A stretch of DNA of 64,000 nucleotides from Cetorhinus maximus. Lineage: Eukaryota. A program made the translations under genes and the position numbers. The notes beneath the pieces were generated by a model. The model saw only the letters and a list, made by a program, of their open reading frames with translations. It was not told the DNA's origin and searched no databases. The stretch spans positions 103,416,001-103,480,000 of the forward strand of contig NC_135884.1 of assembly GCF_964194155.1 (NCBI RefSeq), written 5' to 3'. Of the stretch, positions 9,732 through 22,858 are shown piece after piece (within the stretch, counting starts at the first letter, position 1; each line of letters opens with the position of its first letter).

Positions 9732-11950
9732 ATGGCAAGTAGAAGGGCTCACCAAAGGGCTTCTGGAAAGCAGGCCAGTCTGGAGGATAGGGCAGCAGAG
9801 CAGGCTAGGTCAGAGGGTAGGACAGTGGGGCAGTGTGCTCCTCAGCTTTCAGATGAGTACCGAGCTGCCCTTCTGGAGGAGGTGGCAGTGTGGTGGGAGG
9901 CCCTGCTTCCGAGGGATGGGAGGCGGAGGTGCCCCCACCTGACCAAACCTGCCTGGGAGGAGGTGGCCAAGACAGTGAGCTCCCACGATGTGGTGCGATG
10001 CACGTAGGTCCAGTGCCGCAAGAGTTTCAATGAGCTCCTGCGCTCAGGAAGGGTGAGTACCATGTTGGCAGAGATCATTTAATGTAGCCGTTAGCCTTTC
10101 CCCCCAAGGCCCCACCCCCAACAACTCTGAGTGCAGTTACAGCATTGAATCCTTCACGGCCTGTTTCCCTCGCTGGGTGGGCCAGCCGATATTGCCCATG
10201 CCTAGTTCACCCTGAGAGGGTAGTGCTGAGATGGGTTCTGTACCCGCAACATGTGTGACACACACCCAGAGTGTTGGGGGCAAACTCAAGGAGCTGCACC
10301 TAGGCAGAGTGCTGGAACTGTGAAGCATGTCAAAGTCAGGGTGCTAACATGCTTGGAGGGGAGCTTCCAGGTGGCAGGGCACCAATCCATCTGCTGGTCT
10401 TCGCGCTCCATGTGTTTGTGCCTCTTTGCTTTGCAAGGTTAGACCGTGTGGTGCCACATGTGATGGAGGCAGCATTTGGGCAAGGGGGCGGTCAGCCCTG
10501 GCTTGTTTGGGTGAGTGTGCGGCAGCTGTGGGGTGATGAAGCGCTGGAGCCCTGCAATGTTCCACTCTGGTTGGAGTGGCAGGGATGCGATGGGAGTCCA
10601 GGTACAGAGTAGACTAATCAATGCTCTTCTCTCCTTGCCAGGAGAAGACTGCACACAATTCCACTGAGCGGATGCGGACTGGTGGAGGCCAGGCCCACTT
10701 GGCCATCATGACTCGATTTGAGCAGGAGGCCATGGATCTGTAGAGGTGCCATGCCCCCAGGTCCACTGTTGGCGGTGAGGCTGGGGTGCCACGGGGAGGT
10801 ATGTTTACCGAGCACTGATGTCACCATGTGTGTCCCAGCAGCCATGGCACCGCTGAATGCTCAGTGATTGAAGTTTGCAACATGGGTTGACCATTGATTG
10901 TGGAAGGATGAGTGCAAAATGATCTGGGGGACAGGCATGCACATTGACATTGTCTCCACTTTAACTAATCAAATGTCCTTTTTCTTCCTTTCAGCATCAC
11001 TGGAGCAGGGCCAGGAGGAGGCATAGGGGCCAGCTCTCACACCTGGGGGCCCTGAACATTTTGACTCACCAGCATCACACTATCTCTGCCAGGCAGACAC
11101 CAGTGCAGATACTAGCACCTCGGTGGGAATTAAATCATCAGCTAGTGTCCCGGGGCACGGCGGTGAGGGCACTTCACACTCGATTGAGGTGTGGGCAGAG
11201 ACAGAGAGTGCCAGGGATGCCGGCAGTTGCAGGACTGCTGGGGACTAGGCACATGCTCGGTTGGTAGCATGATGTGCCTCTGGAGTCGTTCGTGAGGCAA
11301 CAAACGCTGGAAGTGCAGCAGGGTATGCGGGAGGATCTGGCGGAGATACATGAGGCTATGCGTGGCATGGTGCCCGTGCTGGAGGAGTCCACATGGAGCA
11401 TCACCAATGCAGTGAGCCTCATGTCCGAGCGCCATGCTTCCTCCATGGAGAAAGTGGCGACTCCCGTGGAGACGGTCCTCCAAGAGACCAATCAGGGCCT
11501 CCCGGGCTTGTGCTCAGACCTGCAAGCCCTCACAGCGGCATTGACTTCAGCTAGTCATTGCCCGTGTGGGAATGGTTTGGGCACCAAGTATCCCAGCTCG
11601 GTGCCCATCCATCTACGGTGAGCATGGAGGTCTGAAGTGAACTCACGTCAGCACAGCAACTGCCTGTCGTCTCTGCGGGCTCCTCTCAGGGCACTCCGGA
11701 TGAGGGCAGCAGCTCCTCCACCCCTCTGCCAATGACTGTGGCATCCGATGAGGCAGTGACAACTGGGGAGAAGCCAGCTGTGGAACTGGGTGCTCCCTCC
11801 CAGGCGGGGCCAGCACAGACTCCATGGGCCAGAAGACGCCCGCCAAGGTCATCAAAGCCAACAGTGAGCAGGCTGTCTCAGATGTCAGTGCCAGGGAGGA
11901 GGGAGCACCTAGACGTAGCACCCATAAACGTAAACTTAAGGCACCTTAGG
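9732..11950 (+). pseudogene. Harbinger Myb/SANT-like DNA-binding protein gene, multi-exon and disrupted
   Basis: APQLSDEYRAALLEEVAVWWEALLP...TKPAWEEVAKTVSSHDVVRCT*VQCRKSFNEL has an in-frame TAG at 10005-10007. Donor AGG|gtgagt at 10052/10053 and acceptor ttgccag|GAGAAG at 10641/10642. Confidence 0.75.
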
Positions 11951-12273
11951 CACACCACGGATTTCTCACTAGTGCTTTTATGCTGCCCCGCTATTAGTTC
12001 ATGACCACTTGGTGTGATGTGCAACACATTTGTAATTTTTTTTCTGAACTTCATTTTGTTAAATCATTAAATTTTGATGTGTGAGCATGGCTCAGGGTGA
12101 CTCCTTTGTTCTGCAAGTGGAAGGGAAGCCATGATGTTATGAGTGAGTTGTTTGACATTGAGCTTTATTGACAAGGCCCTTAGTTAATGTTAGTATCCAG
12201 GCTGATTTAGCACTTGGGTATTAAGCGTGGAGCCTGCAGCCCTGCCGTGTGTTGAAGGTCCATTTATGGTGGG

Positions 12274-13493
12274 CTAGCTGAAGGTTCTTTGGATTAAAGC
12301 CTCCCAGGTTTCCCTGCCTCCCTAGAATATGTCAGGTCAGTGTCTACCCCCTCAGCGTTCTCCTGTGCGTTCTCATCCTCGGGCTCACTGCTGGACTCAT
12401 CGTATGCAGCCGGAGCAACTGCGTCTACGTCTTCTTCGCCCACTGTGTCACCCCTTTCCAGCGCCAGCATGCAACCACTATCAGCGACACATGATCTGGG
12501 GGGTACTGGAGTGCGCCCCCTGAACGGTCCAGGCATCGGAAGCACGTTTTGAGGAGACCGATGGTTCTCTCCACCACAGCCCTTATGGAGGCATAGCTCC
12601 TATTGTACCGCTGCTCACCCTCTGTTCTTTGATGGCGGAAAGGCGTCATGAGCCACCTTTTTAGGGGATAGCACTTGTCACCCAGCAGCCATCCATCAAG
12701 CTGGGCTGGAGTACTGAAGAGCCCCGGCACCTGGGAGTGTCTGAGGATGTAGGCATCGTGGGAGCTGCCTGGATACATTGCACAGACTTGTAGAATCTGC
12801 ATCCTGTGATCACACACTATCTGCACGTTCAAGGAGTGGAAGCCCTTCCTGTTGATGAAGGCACCGGGTTCACCTTCTGGCGCCTTGATGGCCACATGTG
12901 TGCAGTCTATTGCACTCTGGACATGGGGGAAGCCACCAATGGCCGCAAAGCCTCTGGCTTGCTCTGCTGGCTGCCCTCGTCCCAGCGGTAATGGATGAAA
13001 GTCAATGCACACCTGAACAGAGCATCTGTCATCTGCTTGACACAAGTGTGGACAGCTGACTGGGAGACTCCGCAAAGATCACCCACCGACCCCTGGGAAG
13101 AGCTGGAGGCATAAAAGTTGAGGGCAGCTGTGATCTTCAGCGCCACTGGCATGGGGTGCCCACCCACACAGTTGGTGCAGATCTCAGGGCCGATCATCTG
13201 ACAGTTGGAGGTGACTATCTCCTTTGAGAGACGGAGCCTCCTTCGGCACTGGACCTCAGACATATTGAGGTAGCTGCTTCACCGCCTGTAAACCCTGGCA
13301 GCAGGATAATGGCGTCTTCTGTGGCCCCTTCCACCTTGGACTTCCTGTTGGCCCTGCACCCGTTGTGCCTGCGCTTCTCCTCCCAAAGGTGGTTCCCCTG
13401 GAGGCTGAATGTTGTCTCCTGGCCTCCTCCCCCTTCTGGCCCTCCCTTCCTCCTCAGAGGAGGTGCCTCCAGTGGAGACAACACAACTCCCAT
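12274..13493 (-). pseudogene. Harbinger (HARBI1-like, DDE_Tnp_4) transposase, frameshifted
   Basis: Motifs [45 protein letters not shown] and VERTIGLLK are split across several frames. Confidence 0.9.
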
Positions 13494-15608
13494 TCCGAGG
13501 CTAAGGGAAGGCTTCCTGAAACCTGCAGGCCCCAGAAATGATCTGTACTGTAGAATCCTGACCTGAAGGCTGTTACTCCTGTCCAAGCAGCTGTGAAGAG
13601 TTTTGAAGTATTCCTGCTCACACAGGCAAGTATCAGTAACTTTCACAATTAAATATCTGACAAATAACACTCGCGACCCCACTCACCCCCCTTATCCTGC
13701 CCGTGGATGAAGTTTATACAAATGTGGCCTACCCGCCTGCCGGTTGCACCCATGCGACGTCCTGAAGATCGCACAGGCCCTGAAAAATAACAGACAATTG
13801 CTGCTTCAAGGGCCTTAAGTGGGTGATTAATTAGCGGTGCGCACCCATCGGAGAACATCATGCGCCTGCCCATCTAAATATCACGATGCCATGCGGTGAC
13901 GTCAGGACGCTCGCCCAATGTCACCGTGCGTCATTTTACATGTCGGCGTGCAGGGCCCGCCCCCACACAGTGACGAGAAAATTCTGGCTGTCATCTCCAT
14001 TTGACACCTCTTGACTGAGATTGGGAACTTACTGTGCAAGACCCAATATTGTACTATTCTGTAATAATGTACTAGCAAGCTGACACTATTGGTCCATCAC
14101 GTTTAGGACAAAAACCTACTGACAACTGTGAGCAAATTGTCTTCAGACTGCAAGAGAAATGTTACTTCATTTAACTCATTTTGGGATTCTGCTTTATTGC
14201 AGATTGCATATTTTCATTTCCCTAAAGAACTGTAAGATACATTTTTCAGTAATGGGTCTAGTAGAATGGGTGTACCAGTAACAGTTTAATAATGTCAACC
14301 ATAAACAGCTGGATATTTCACTCCACAACTCAAACATAGTGTACTTCAACAACATAATCGAAAGACAGAGTCACGTACCATCATGGAATAGTTAATCCAA
14401 AGAACCACACAATCAATTGTCACATGAAAGCTTAAACATTAAACAGCATAACACCTCTGTATTGAGTATGCATTCCCAAAATGCAACTTTTTCAGTGCTT
14501 CTGGCAAATGTAAAGTCACTTTACATACATAACTGAAATTCACAAAATAATGCTGTGAATCGCAGGTTTCTTTTAAAACATAATACTGGTAGCTGCTTAA
14601 CAATACTGATCCTTGATTGTACATTTCCAAGCTTTTGTGGCTGCATTATAGCAACCAAAAATAGTAGACAATATTAAATATTTTCTGAGATTATACAAGA
14701 AGAAGGTAAAAATATACATCAGCTAAACAGTACTATTTTAAAATTAATCTCTTATCCTTGTTCACAGTACGTTATTTATAATTACGGTTGCAGTGTTCAT
14801 AAATGCATTTCTTTTTCATTCCGCACACCTGAACAAACAAGATGTTCACATGGGATACAGAAACTATCCTATTCATACTAATTCAGTATAATAGTATGTG
14901 GAAAATGGGGGAAGTAGATTCTGTCTGAGCACATGCTTTCTGTCAATCCCACTCTATTTACAAAAACATATCATGAAGCTATCATGAACTGCATTTGAGA
15001 AATGGAGAGAAAAAATTTACTCCTGTGTTCAAAGATTTGGTTCTCTATTTGCCTTTTCACTCCAGTCTTCAGATTTCTCTTTGTCTGTCTTTCTCTTAAC
15101 CAACACTAGCAAGGAGATACCTCCTCAATTTTCCTACATGATTGCCCTAGCACTGCACAAACATCTGTTAAATAACCATGTTCAGACATAAAGGTCGCAG
15201 GGTCTTCTGAGAATCCCGGGAAGTTCAGGCAGCTTAGCTTTTTATATTTATGGACATTGCCTGCTAGGTCTTCACACCAAGATTTCAGATCTGAATTTGA
15301 AATTTTATTATTATAAAATGCCCAGCCTCAAAACTTCAAGTGTCAATAATGCAGGGAGATTGAGGACAGGTTGAACTCAGTGGAGAGCTCATGCATGTGA
15401 AACAATAGTGAATTAGAGGGCACATTTATAAAGTGCAGTATAGCATTCAACATCAACCAGTGTCAAATTGGAACACCTAAACAGTTACTTTTACAAGAAC
15501 AAACTTTTCCTTACAAATACAGTTTCTTCCATTTTTTTGGTTTTGTAAAGATGGCGGACGTAGAGTCTGTCTGAGCACATGCTTTTAACCACAGAGAAAT
15601 AAAAACAT

Positions 15609-16132
15609 GGGTGGAATTTAACGTAATTGACACCGGTTCAGCCCACCAGTTGGAGGGGCAGACCCGAATGGAGGCATTTAACTGGCCGGCATGGTCCTTC
15701 CTTGGATTAAGACACCTCCTGGGAGCTGCTGGCTAATTAAAGGCTGGTAGCTCTCCACTGCCCATCAGTGCCACTGGGAGTGGTGGCTGCTGCCAGTAAT
15801 ACACCCAGGGAGAGGCCTAGGATCACTGAGGGACTTGAGCTACAGGTGAGTGAGAGTAGGATAGAGGTCATGGGTGAGGGGCGGACGGTTCAGAAGCAAG
15901 GGCAGGGATTGGTTTTCACCAGCCACCTTCTGCATGCTGGGTTCTTCATTCGGGCACTAAATGCCTTCGAAAGAGTGCCTCCTTAGAAGGCCACAGTGTG
16001 AGCAGGAAAGATTCCCCCATTGGGGCTGTTCTTGCCTCCAACTTCATCACAGGAGGTTTTCCTGCCACCAGGCCACTGATTTGTGGTCACTGACTTGTGT
16101 CCCATGGCGACAGGCTGCATTAAGTCCAGCCC
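15609..16132. mobile_element. Degenerate Harbinger-like MITE
   Basis: Termini gggtggaatttaa ... ttaagtccagccc around a GC-rich interior in AT-rich surroundings. Confidence 0.45.
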
Positions 16133-16561
16133 AATGATTTGTATCAGACTCACAGAACAACATAAGGCTGCAGTGTTGAACTACCAGGTTGAATAGTGTC
16201 ACAGTTAATTATTAAAGTTCTTTTGAAATTCATATTTGACAGTAATCCTTTTCAGAGCTGTTTCAGGTTCAAAGGAAGGATACTCATGCATTTAATTTGC
16301 AAACACAACCAAATTAAACTCTGCAGCGCTAGATTCTAGTTCCACGATTAGCAAAACCAAGTTGAATAGAGCTGAGAGCAAGAATTAAATGAACAAAATA
16401 TGTGAGTCATGACTCAATCTTTTTAGTACAGGTTTCTAAAGAGATCAGTAATATATGGTGCTGTGATGACGAAGAGTGTTGTGAATTACAGCTTCCTATG
16501 TAAACTACAAAACATTCACATTTAGTTAAACTGGGAGCTGAGTTATCAAGTATCTATTGCA

Positions 16562-17145
16562 TTGACTCTGTGCTCTACAGGCTATTCCCAGGGACACACA
16601 TTGAGACAAACATCAACTGCAGCTGGAGGATCATCAACTCGGTGAAAGACGCTCTTTGGTCTGCCCAAAACCTGTTGGTCTTCCAGTGCAGAGTTGTCCC
16701 CAACCGAGTGTTGCAGACTGGCATATTCCAAGGTCCAGGACTACGTGCTGAATGACGCACTAATTGGGGCAGCCGCTGCAAAGGCGCAATGAGGAAAGGT
16801 CGCTGTCTAAGAACTTTCAGCCATAGTGCACCGAGGGGCTGGGAATTGTATAGACCCCTTGGGCTGTATCACTCACATTGAATGTATGCAGTGAACACTA
16901 CATATATTACAATTGCATTGAAGCACCTCAGAGGGCAACATATTCTATGTAGATAACTTGAATACCATTGCACTGTCTGACTGCCTGTAATGACCATGTT
17001 GAGATGTTTGTAATGTTCATTGAAGCACCTCATGATCTATGTGGAAAACTGGAATATGATCGCACTTTTTGTGGTAGCCATTTTGAAATGTTTCGTAATG
17101 TTCTTTCAGATATTTTATGAATAAAGCATATTCTTCTAAAAAAAA
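16562..17145 (+). mobile_element. 5'-truncated Tx1/L1-group LINE with poly(A) tail and TSD
   Basis: ORF2 C-terminal remnant LYRLFPGTHIETNINCSWRIINSVKDALWSAQNLLVFQ, then AATAAA and an A-tail. A 10-bp TSD atctattgca lies at 16552-16561 and 17146-17155. Confidence 0.85.
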
Positions 17146-17899
17146 ATCTATTGCACTGGCAGCAACAAATAGCTATGGCTGCAGATTAAGAATCCAATAG
17201 ACCCTGTGCTTTTAAAGACTTTAAACTTAATTTGGACAGAAAGAGCATTATTTCCCTCTGTTCAGAGAAAAGGGGAAGAAATTATTGCTGTACACTAATT
17301 TGGGAACAAGATTGTGGGGATTCACAGTTTAAACTGTGCTGTTTTGAGAGCACAGTTCTGAGTGTACCATGAATGTGAGAATCAACCAATCTTGAAACAA
17401 CTGTAACACTGATCTCAAAGCTTCCCAATTGGCTAATGAGCCAATTAGTTGATAAAAATATTGAAAATTAACCTTGCTGTGGAATGCTGAGTATCTCTGC
17501 TCAACAGCTCAATGACAAATATCCATGAGATCCTGCTTGACTATAATCTCATCCATCATTGATCAGCGTAAACCCTCCACATCGACCTCCAACCACAACA
17601 TTGACCCAGTCATTAAACAGGGGCAGACACTTTCCCACTCCCAGCACTTGCCCACAGACCCTATTTTGTGTTCCACGCTTGATTTGTTTTTATTTTTGCC
17701 CGGCCTTTCTTTCCATTCCCTCTTATGCAAATATGGTCAACTGTGTAAAATCTTTTGCCCCCATTTGTAATCATTTACTGGTAAGTTACTGCATTCTTTT
17801 AAATTTAAGTCATGAGAGTTTTGTAGCCCTTCTTTTGATGAGCTCCTGGTGGCAAGAGCAAACGAGGCCCAGAGTTAATAATAATTAATTAGCTAACAG

Positions 17900-18766
17900 T
17901 GTCATGAATGCATGGTCTCATGAGATGAGTATGTTCTGGGACAATCTCTTTAATTCCAAGTAAAATGGAGTAGTGAAGAGGGTCACGTGGTCTGCTTTGA
18001 ATTCTGCCTAACAGCAAGGCTTGGTTCATCTGGGGTAGGGAAGACTCAGGAGGGACTTACTGGGAGCTAATTGTAAAATGCTCACACCCAAAAACAAAGC
18101 CAAGAGCAGCTGCGTTGACTGTGGATAGACTTTCAGTCTCTGAGCTTTTGGACAGAAAGCAAACGAGAGAGAAAGGCCTTACAGAGAGACAAAGGACTGC
18201 AGCTAGTGTGGCCAGCAAAGAGGAGAGCAGGTCCCTTCTGAGCTACCAAGCAGAAATGCGAGAGGAAAAGATGGTCTCTGCAGAGACACATCCCGTGGCA
18301 ATCTAAGGAATCCAGAAGATTCGTCCTGGCGTGGTTGGTGGCATGGGGAAAAATCACCAGAGCAGACCTTACTGTTGGCAGTCAGTGCGGGACTTTTCCG
18401 GGGATTGAGAGAAATGGCTTTTGATGGTCACTCAACATTATGACTCGGCGAAACAGGGAAAAGCAAACCTGTTAGAAAATAGAGTTTGTTGGGCTGGTTC
18501 CTATAAAAACAGCAATTCTGCGGATGGCAGGCAGTGAAGTATAACTGTGATGTGGGGTTTGCGGCCATGTTAAAAAGTTAAAGGCAGGATATCTTTTCTG
18601 CAGTTTACAGTATTAGTTGCCTACTAAATGTTTACCAGATGTTTTCTTTTAGATGGTTACAGTAAAAGTCTTAAAACTTGAAATCTTGTTGTGTGATCCT
18701 TTAAGTCAGTCATTGGGAATTCAAAACTCGTGTTTAAAGTTATTGGTCTCAAAAGAAATCATGACA
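17900..18766 (+). mobile_element. Solo LTR related to the LTRs of the provirus at 23633-28343
   Basis: TGTCATGA...TCATGACA termini with flanks acag/actg. Both ends match the reverse complement of the provirus LTR ends. Confidence 0.75.
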
Positions 18767-19802
18767 ACTGAGAAGCTCAGCTTTCCTCAGCTCCACTTGA
18801 CCAGAGTCAGAATCCAACTTCAAAATACCCTGAACCAGCCTGTTAAAATCCACAATGTCCCAGGTGAAAGTTAGTTGGTGAGGGATCTGACCCACCCAAT
18901 TGGCTCTGCCTGATTCTTCAGGCCCTGTCATTTGGGTTAGGGTAGATGGGGGCAGAATGACACAGATGCAAGCAGATCTGCCTGTGATAGGTCCAGAGGA
19001 ACCCCTCCTAATGCTCAATGTCCTTGAGGGCAAGAGGAAAGAACTTCAAGCTCCCTGAAATGTACCAAAGAAAATATATTCCAAGCTCCCTGAAATGTAC
19101 CAAAACTACATGAAAATACATGAAAAATAATCTATAAAGTTAAAACTGCAATAAAATGTCAACTCCAAGCAGCAACTGTTCAAGATAGATGTTGTCAAAG
19201 ACCAAGCAGTAACACAGCAGATCAACTATTTCATATAAAATAGATGAAAGTTAATAAAGCAGTTTTAATGCTTTTCCCAAAAAATTGTTTGGAAAATGAT
19301 GTCCAGCTGATAAATCCCCTTATTTAAATAGAATTTTGGGGATTTAATGGGGCTCTCTGATACTAGTAGTGATAATTTGTTCAGCAGGCAGCTAGGGATT
19401 CACGGGATTAGGATTAAGGTGTGAAAGTGGGGGCGTACTCATCCAATTTTCTTCGCATTGTTTGTGCTTTTCTCAGTGACCAGAAAATGCTGGAAAATCA
19501 ACCCTAAATCCTTTTGTCAGGAAAAGCAATATGGTGAATCATAATCAATGGGATTCATTTTCTAAACTGGGGTTATTGGTTAGTTTTTTTCTAAACAGAT
19601 CAACTGCCACACTATTCTCCATACTATTAGTTATGTACAAATGTATATTGCTTCTTTAAAGCAAACTGTTGATATTTCCCTTACTTTTACAATGTAATGA
19701 TAATCATAATGCATCACTGCTGGTTGCAACAGTAGTAAAGATCATAAAAAATATATCTCTGGTAGTTGTGCTTATCCCTCCTGCTATATCCTAGAGTCTC
19801 AG

Positions 19803-21082
19803 TGGATAGAATTGTCCCAGATTTGCACCAAGTGTAGTAGCAGATGGGTAAAACAGCGTCTTACCCATTGGCTGTGATGGCGGGTTTTCACGCCGTATTG
19901 TCCCAAACCCACCACATTACTTACGCATTCCTGGGAAACAGTCCGTTTTCATGGCAGGTGGGCTTTCATTTTCCCACCCACCATCATCTCACTGCTTCAT
20001 CAGGCTGGGCACCATATTTAAAGTCCAGCCATGTGCACCACATCTCAGTGCTTCTAGCCCACGACTGCTGCAGGGAAGATGTCCACGAAAGGCAAAAAGA
20101 CTGCAGCCCCAGGTATAGTCACGTGTCACTGGAACGCCTTTTAAATGCTGTGGAAGCTCATCACAATAACCTCTACCCCCGCTCTGACCACAGGATGGGC
20201 AGCGGCATCACCAATCCAGCATGGCAGGTGGTGGCAGCAGTGGTCAGTGCCAATGCTGCACAGAAGGTTAGCCATGCAATGCAGATAGAGGATGATCTCA
20301 TCCATGCAGCCAGGGTATGGCAACCATCTCATAACGCTAAACTCACACACTCAAGCCCAACACACATTCGCTGGCATCTCACTCACTGCCAGCTCAAGGG
20401 ACATCACCACCTATTCTCACACTCATACCCTCACATGTCCATCTAGCCTCATCTCCTCAGCCCTCACCATCTTGAGGCCACTTGCACAGATCAACATACG
20501 GCCCCACACACACTCTGGGATACCATCTTTCCCCAGTCCAGCTCTCATCCTGCAGTCTCTTCCCTTGCCTGAGGCCATTTCTCCCATTTCGCCAAGCAAG
20601 ACCTTACCCTGCAGTCATTGAAAAGCCACCCCCATATGTCTGATCTGGTAGGTAGAGACTTGCCTGTGAGCCCCCCTAAAAGTGATGTGGTGCAGTCTGC
20701 GAAGCCTGGCGCTGATGACTGCGAGTGCTGACTGAAGCAAGGTAGGCAAACAAACCTTGAAGTCCCAAGTGAAGTCCAGCCTGCCAAGTGTTGGTTGCTT
20801 ATGTGCTGTTGTGAAACATGTCAGCGTGTTTTCCTGCCAATGTGGGTGGATGATCCAGCAGCGGGGGGGAGGGTAATGAGCCCAGCGGACTGGCCTTATA
20901 ATGATATGTTGATGTATTACAATGAGGTTCCTGACATCCGATGGCGGGAAATGCGGCCTGCCATCGGCAAGCTGAGCTGATGATCGCAACTGGTTTCACG
21001 CCGTCATGAAACCGATTGCACCATATTGTCCACTCACGCCACAGAACACGCCCAACGTTGGTGAGCACGGAAAATCCCAGCC
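19803..21082 (+). mobile_element. Non-autonomous Harbinger derivative of a second subfamily with a Myb/SANT remnant
   Basis: PRYSHVSLERLLNAVEAHHNNLYP...NPAWQVVAAVVSANAAQK is a Myb/SANT-like helix pattern. Termini are ggatagaattgtcc ... ggaaaatcccagcc, and no transposase is present. Confidence 0.65.
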
Positions 21083-22858
21083 AGTGTCTCTCTGTGTGGG
21101 ACCCAGAATTAAAACCCTTCCTAATAAACAACGTTAATCACAACTTGTTCTGAGATAGCTGATTTGCCCACTGCACACCATAACGGTCTGCACACAATCT
21201 AAATATCACATTTCACAAATAGAAAGTACGAACTTTTGGTGGAATTTCCACTAGTATTGCCAGTAATAAATTCTCCCAATACTTCCAGTGCAAGGAAAAC
21301 ATGTCTTAACATCTGTTGTCTGGTTGTCATTTTATGCCTGTATTCTATTCGCTGGTGAGTGGTTTCAGTCACTGGAGTGTGCAGTAGAACAAAGCATATC
21401 AGAAAGAATGTAGATTTTACATCTCTAAAACCAAAATTCAGACTGATTTTTTAATCACTTTTGGGTGTGATTCTTTTTGTGGTCATAAAGGTAACAAATG
21501 TCAGTGTTCGTGGACAAATCAGTTTAGGGCATCATAAATTCCCAGGCAAGAACATGGGTTATAAGCCTTCTTCTCTTCCTCAACCTTGGAAGAAATCACC
21601 TACCGCACCGGGATTAAATCATTCCTCACATTACTCACCTTTGGGTCCTGCCAGTAAGGGTCAAAATCATTAGAATATCGATGTCCACTTAAAACTGAAT
21701 TAAGAAGCACAAATCTATTTACTTAGGACCTTTACAGCTGAGAGAGAGAAGCTGTATTCTCAGTAGTGTGGACTGGATTCAAACTCAGGGAACAGGATGC
21801 AAAATCATCCTATGAACCATCCTTCTACAAAGGATGGAATCAGTTTTATCGACTGCTGCAAGTGTTATCTTCGACAATTACCTATACCTGTTTTAATTTG
21901 GAACAGGCAAGGTGGTGACTGATAACACAATTGTTCTGAAGCGGACAAAATCACAGGATTCAGGAATTTATTCCTACTGAAAAACCTTTGTCACAGCTAC
22001 AGTCCAGTGGCCTACATTAGAGCAATTGGTCCAGTACTTTTGTTTATCATTTTAACCATCATAATTATTTGTTTAATTTGACTAATAGAATTCTGATTTC
22101 ATTTATTAGAATTTCAAGCTTCCTTTACCAACTTTCAAATTGGACCAGTGGCTGAAATTATACCAACTCAAAATCTCTTCTAAATCCAAATGGAACTGAA
22201 TTCAAAAACTAGTTTGAGATTCTAAATAGATTCAAATTAAGCCATATTGGATTGAGTTGTGATGCTGTGTTCTTACACATCTACAAACAACAACCAAAAC
22301 CTTTCATGTTAACTAATATAAACACTGTAATTGTTATAAAAATGACTGCATTAAGTCATTGTTGTGTCAATACACAACCATTCTAAAAAGATCCAGTTCT
22401 GCATCTGATTAGAATTTTCCTTCGTGACATTTGCTTAATCTCATTACACATCTCCTGTACCACAAACAGGATATCTTGAACAGTCCATACCCAGTCAGTA
22501 CGTGACAGTACAGCAGCACACAAGTCAGTACTTTTATTAACTATTTCCCAGCCTTCAATGGATGTTCATATGCTGCTGAAACCATTTTTAACGTTAGGCT
22601 TTTCACATCAAATGGTTGAATGTCAATGCGTGTTTTCAACTTCTGTTTCATGAAGCTGGTATGGGACTTCAAACTTCTGTGTCACCATAGTGACAACGTA
22701 ATGAAATCTGCAGGCACCATCATCATCAATTCTTTTGAATGTCTGAATTCTATATTCCGTTAATTTTACCATTCGCCCTCACTGGATGTGCAATTGCAGA
22801 AGTGCACATGCACAGCCTGCATGCTCAGTCACAATGGGCAGATCAAAATGCATTGCTT

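Larger units (their letters stand above)
9495..13989. mobile_element. PIF/Harbinger DNA transposon, near full length, copy 1
   Basis: Termini ggagaatttt ... aaaattctggc enclose a convergent Myb/SANT gene (+) and DDE transposase (-). Collinear with the copies at 44708 and 58663. Confidence 0.9.

Noticed and set aside
12274-13493. Domesticated HARBI1 host gene
   Set aside because: It is frameshifted, bounded by TIRs, and present as three copies in this window.
19047-19104. 23-bp direct repeat caagctccctgaaatgtaccaaa x2
   Set aside because: A simple local duplication with no further structure.
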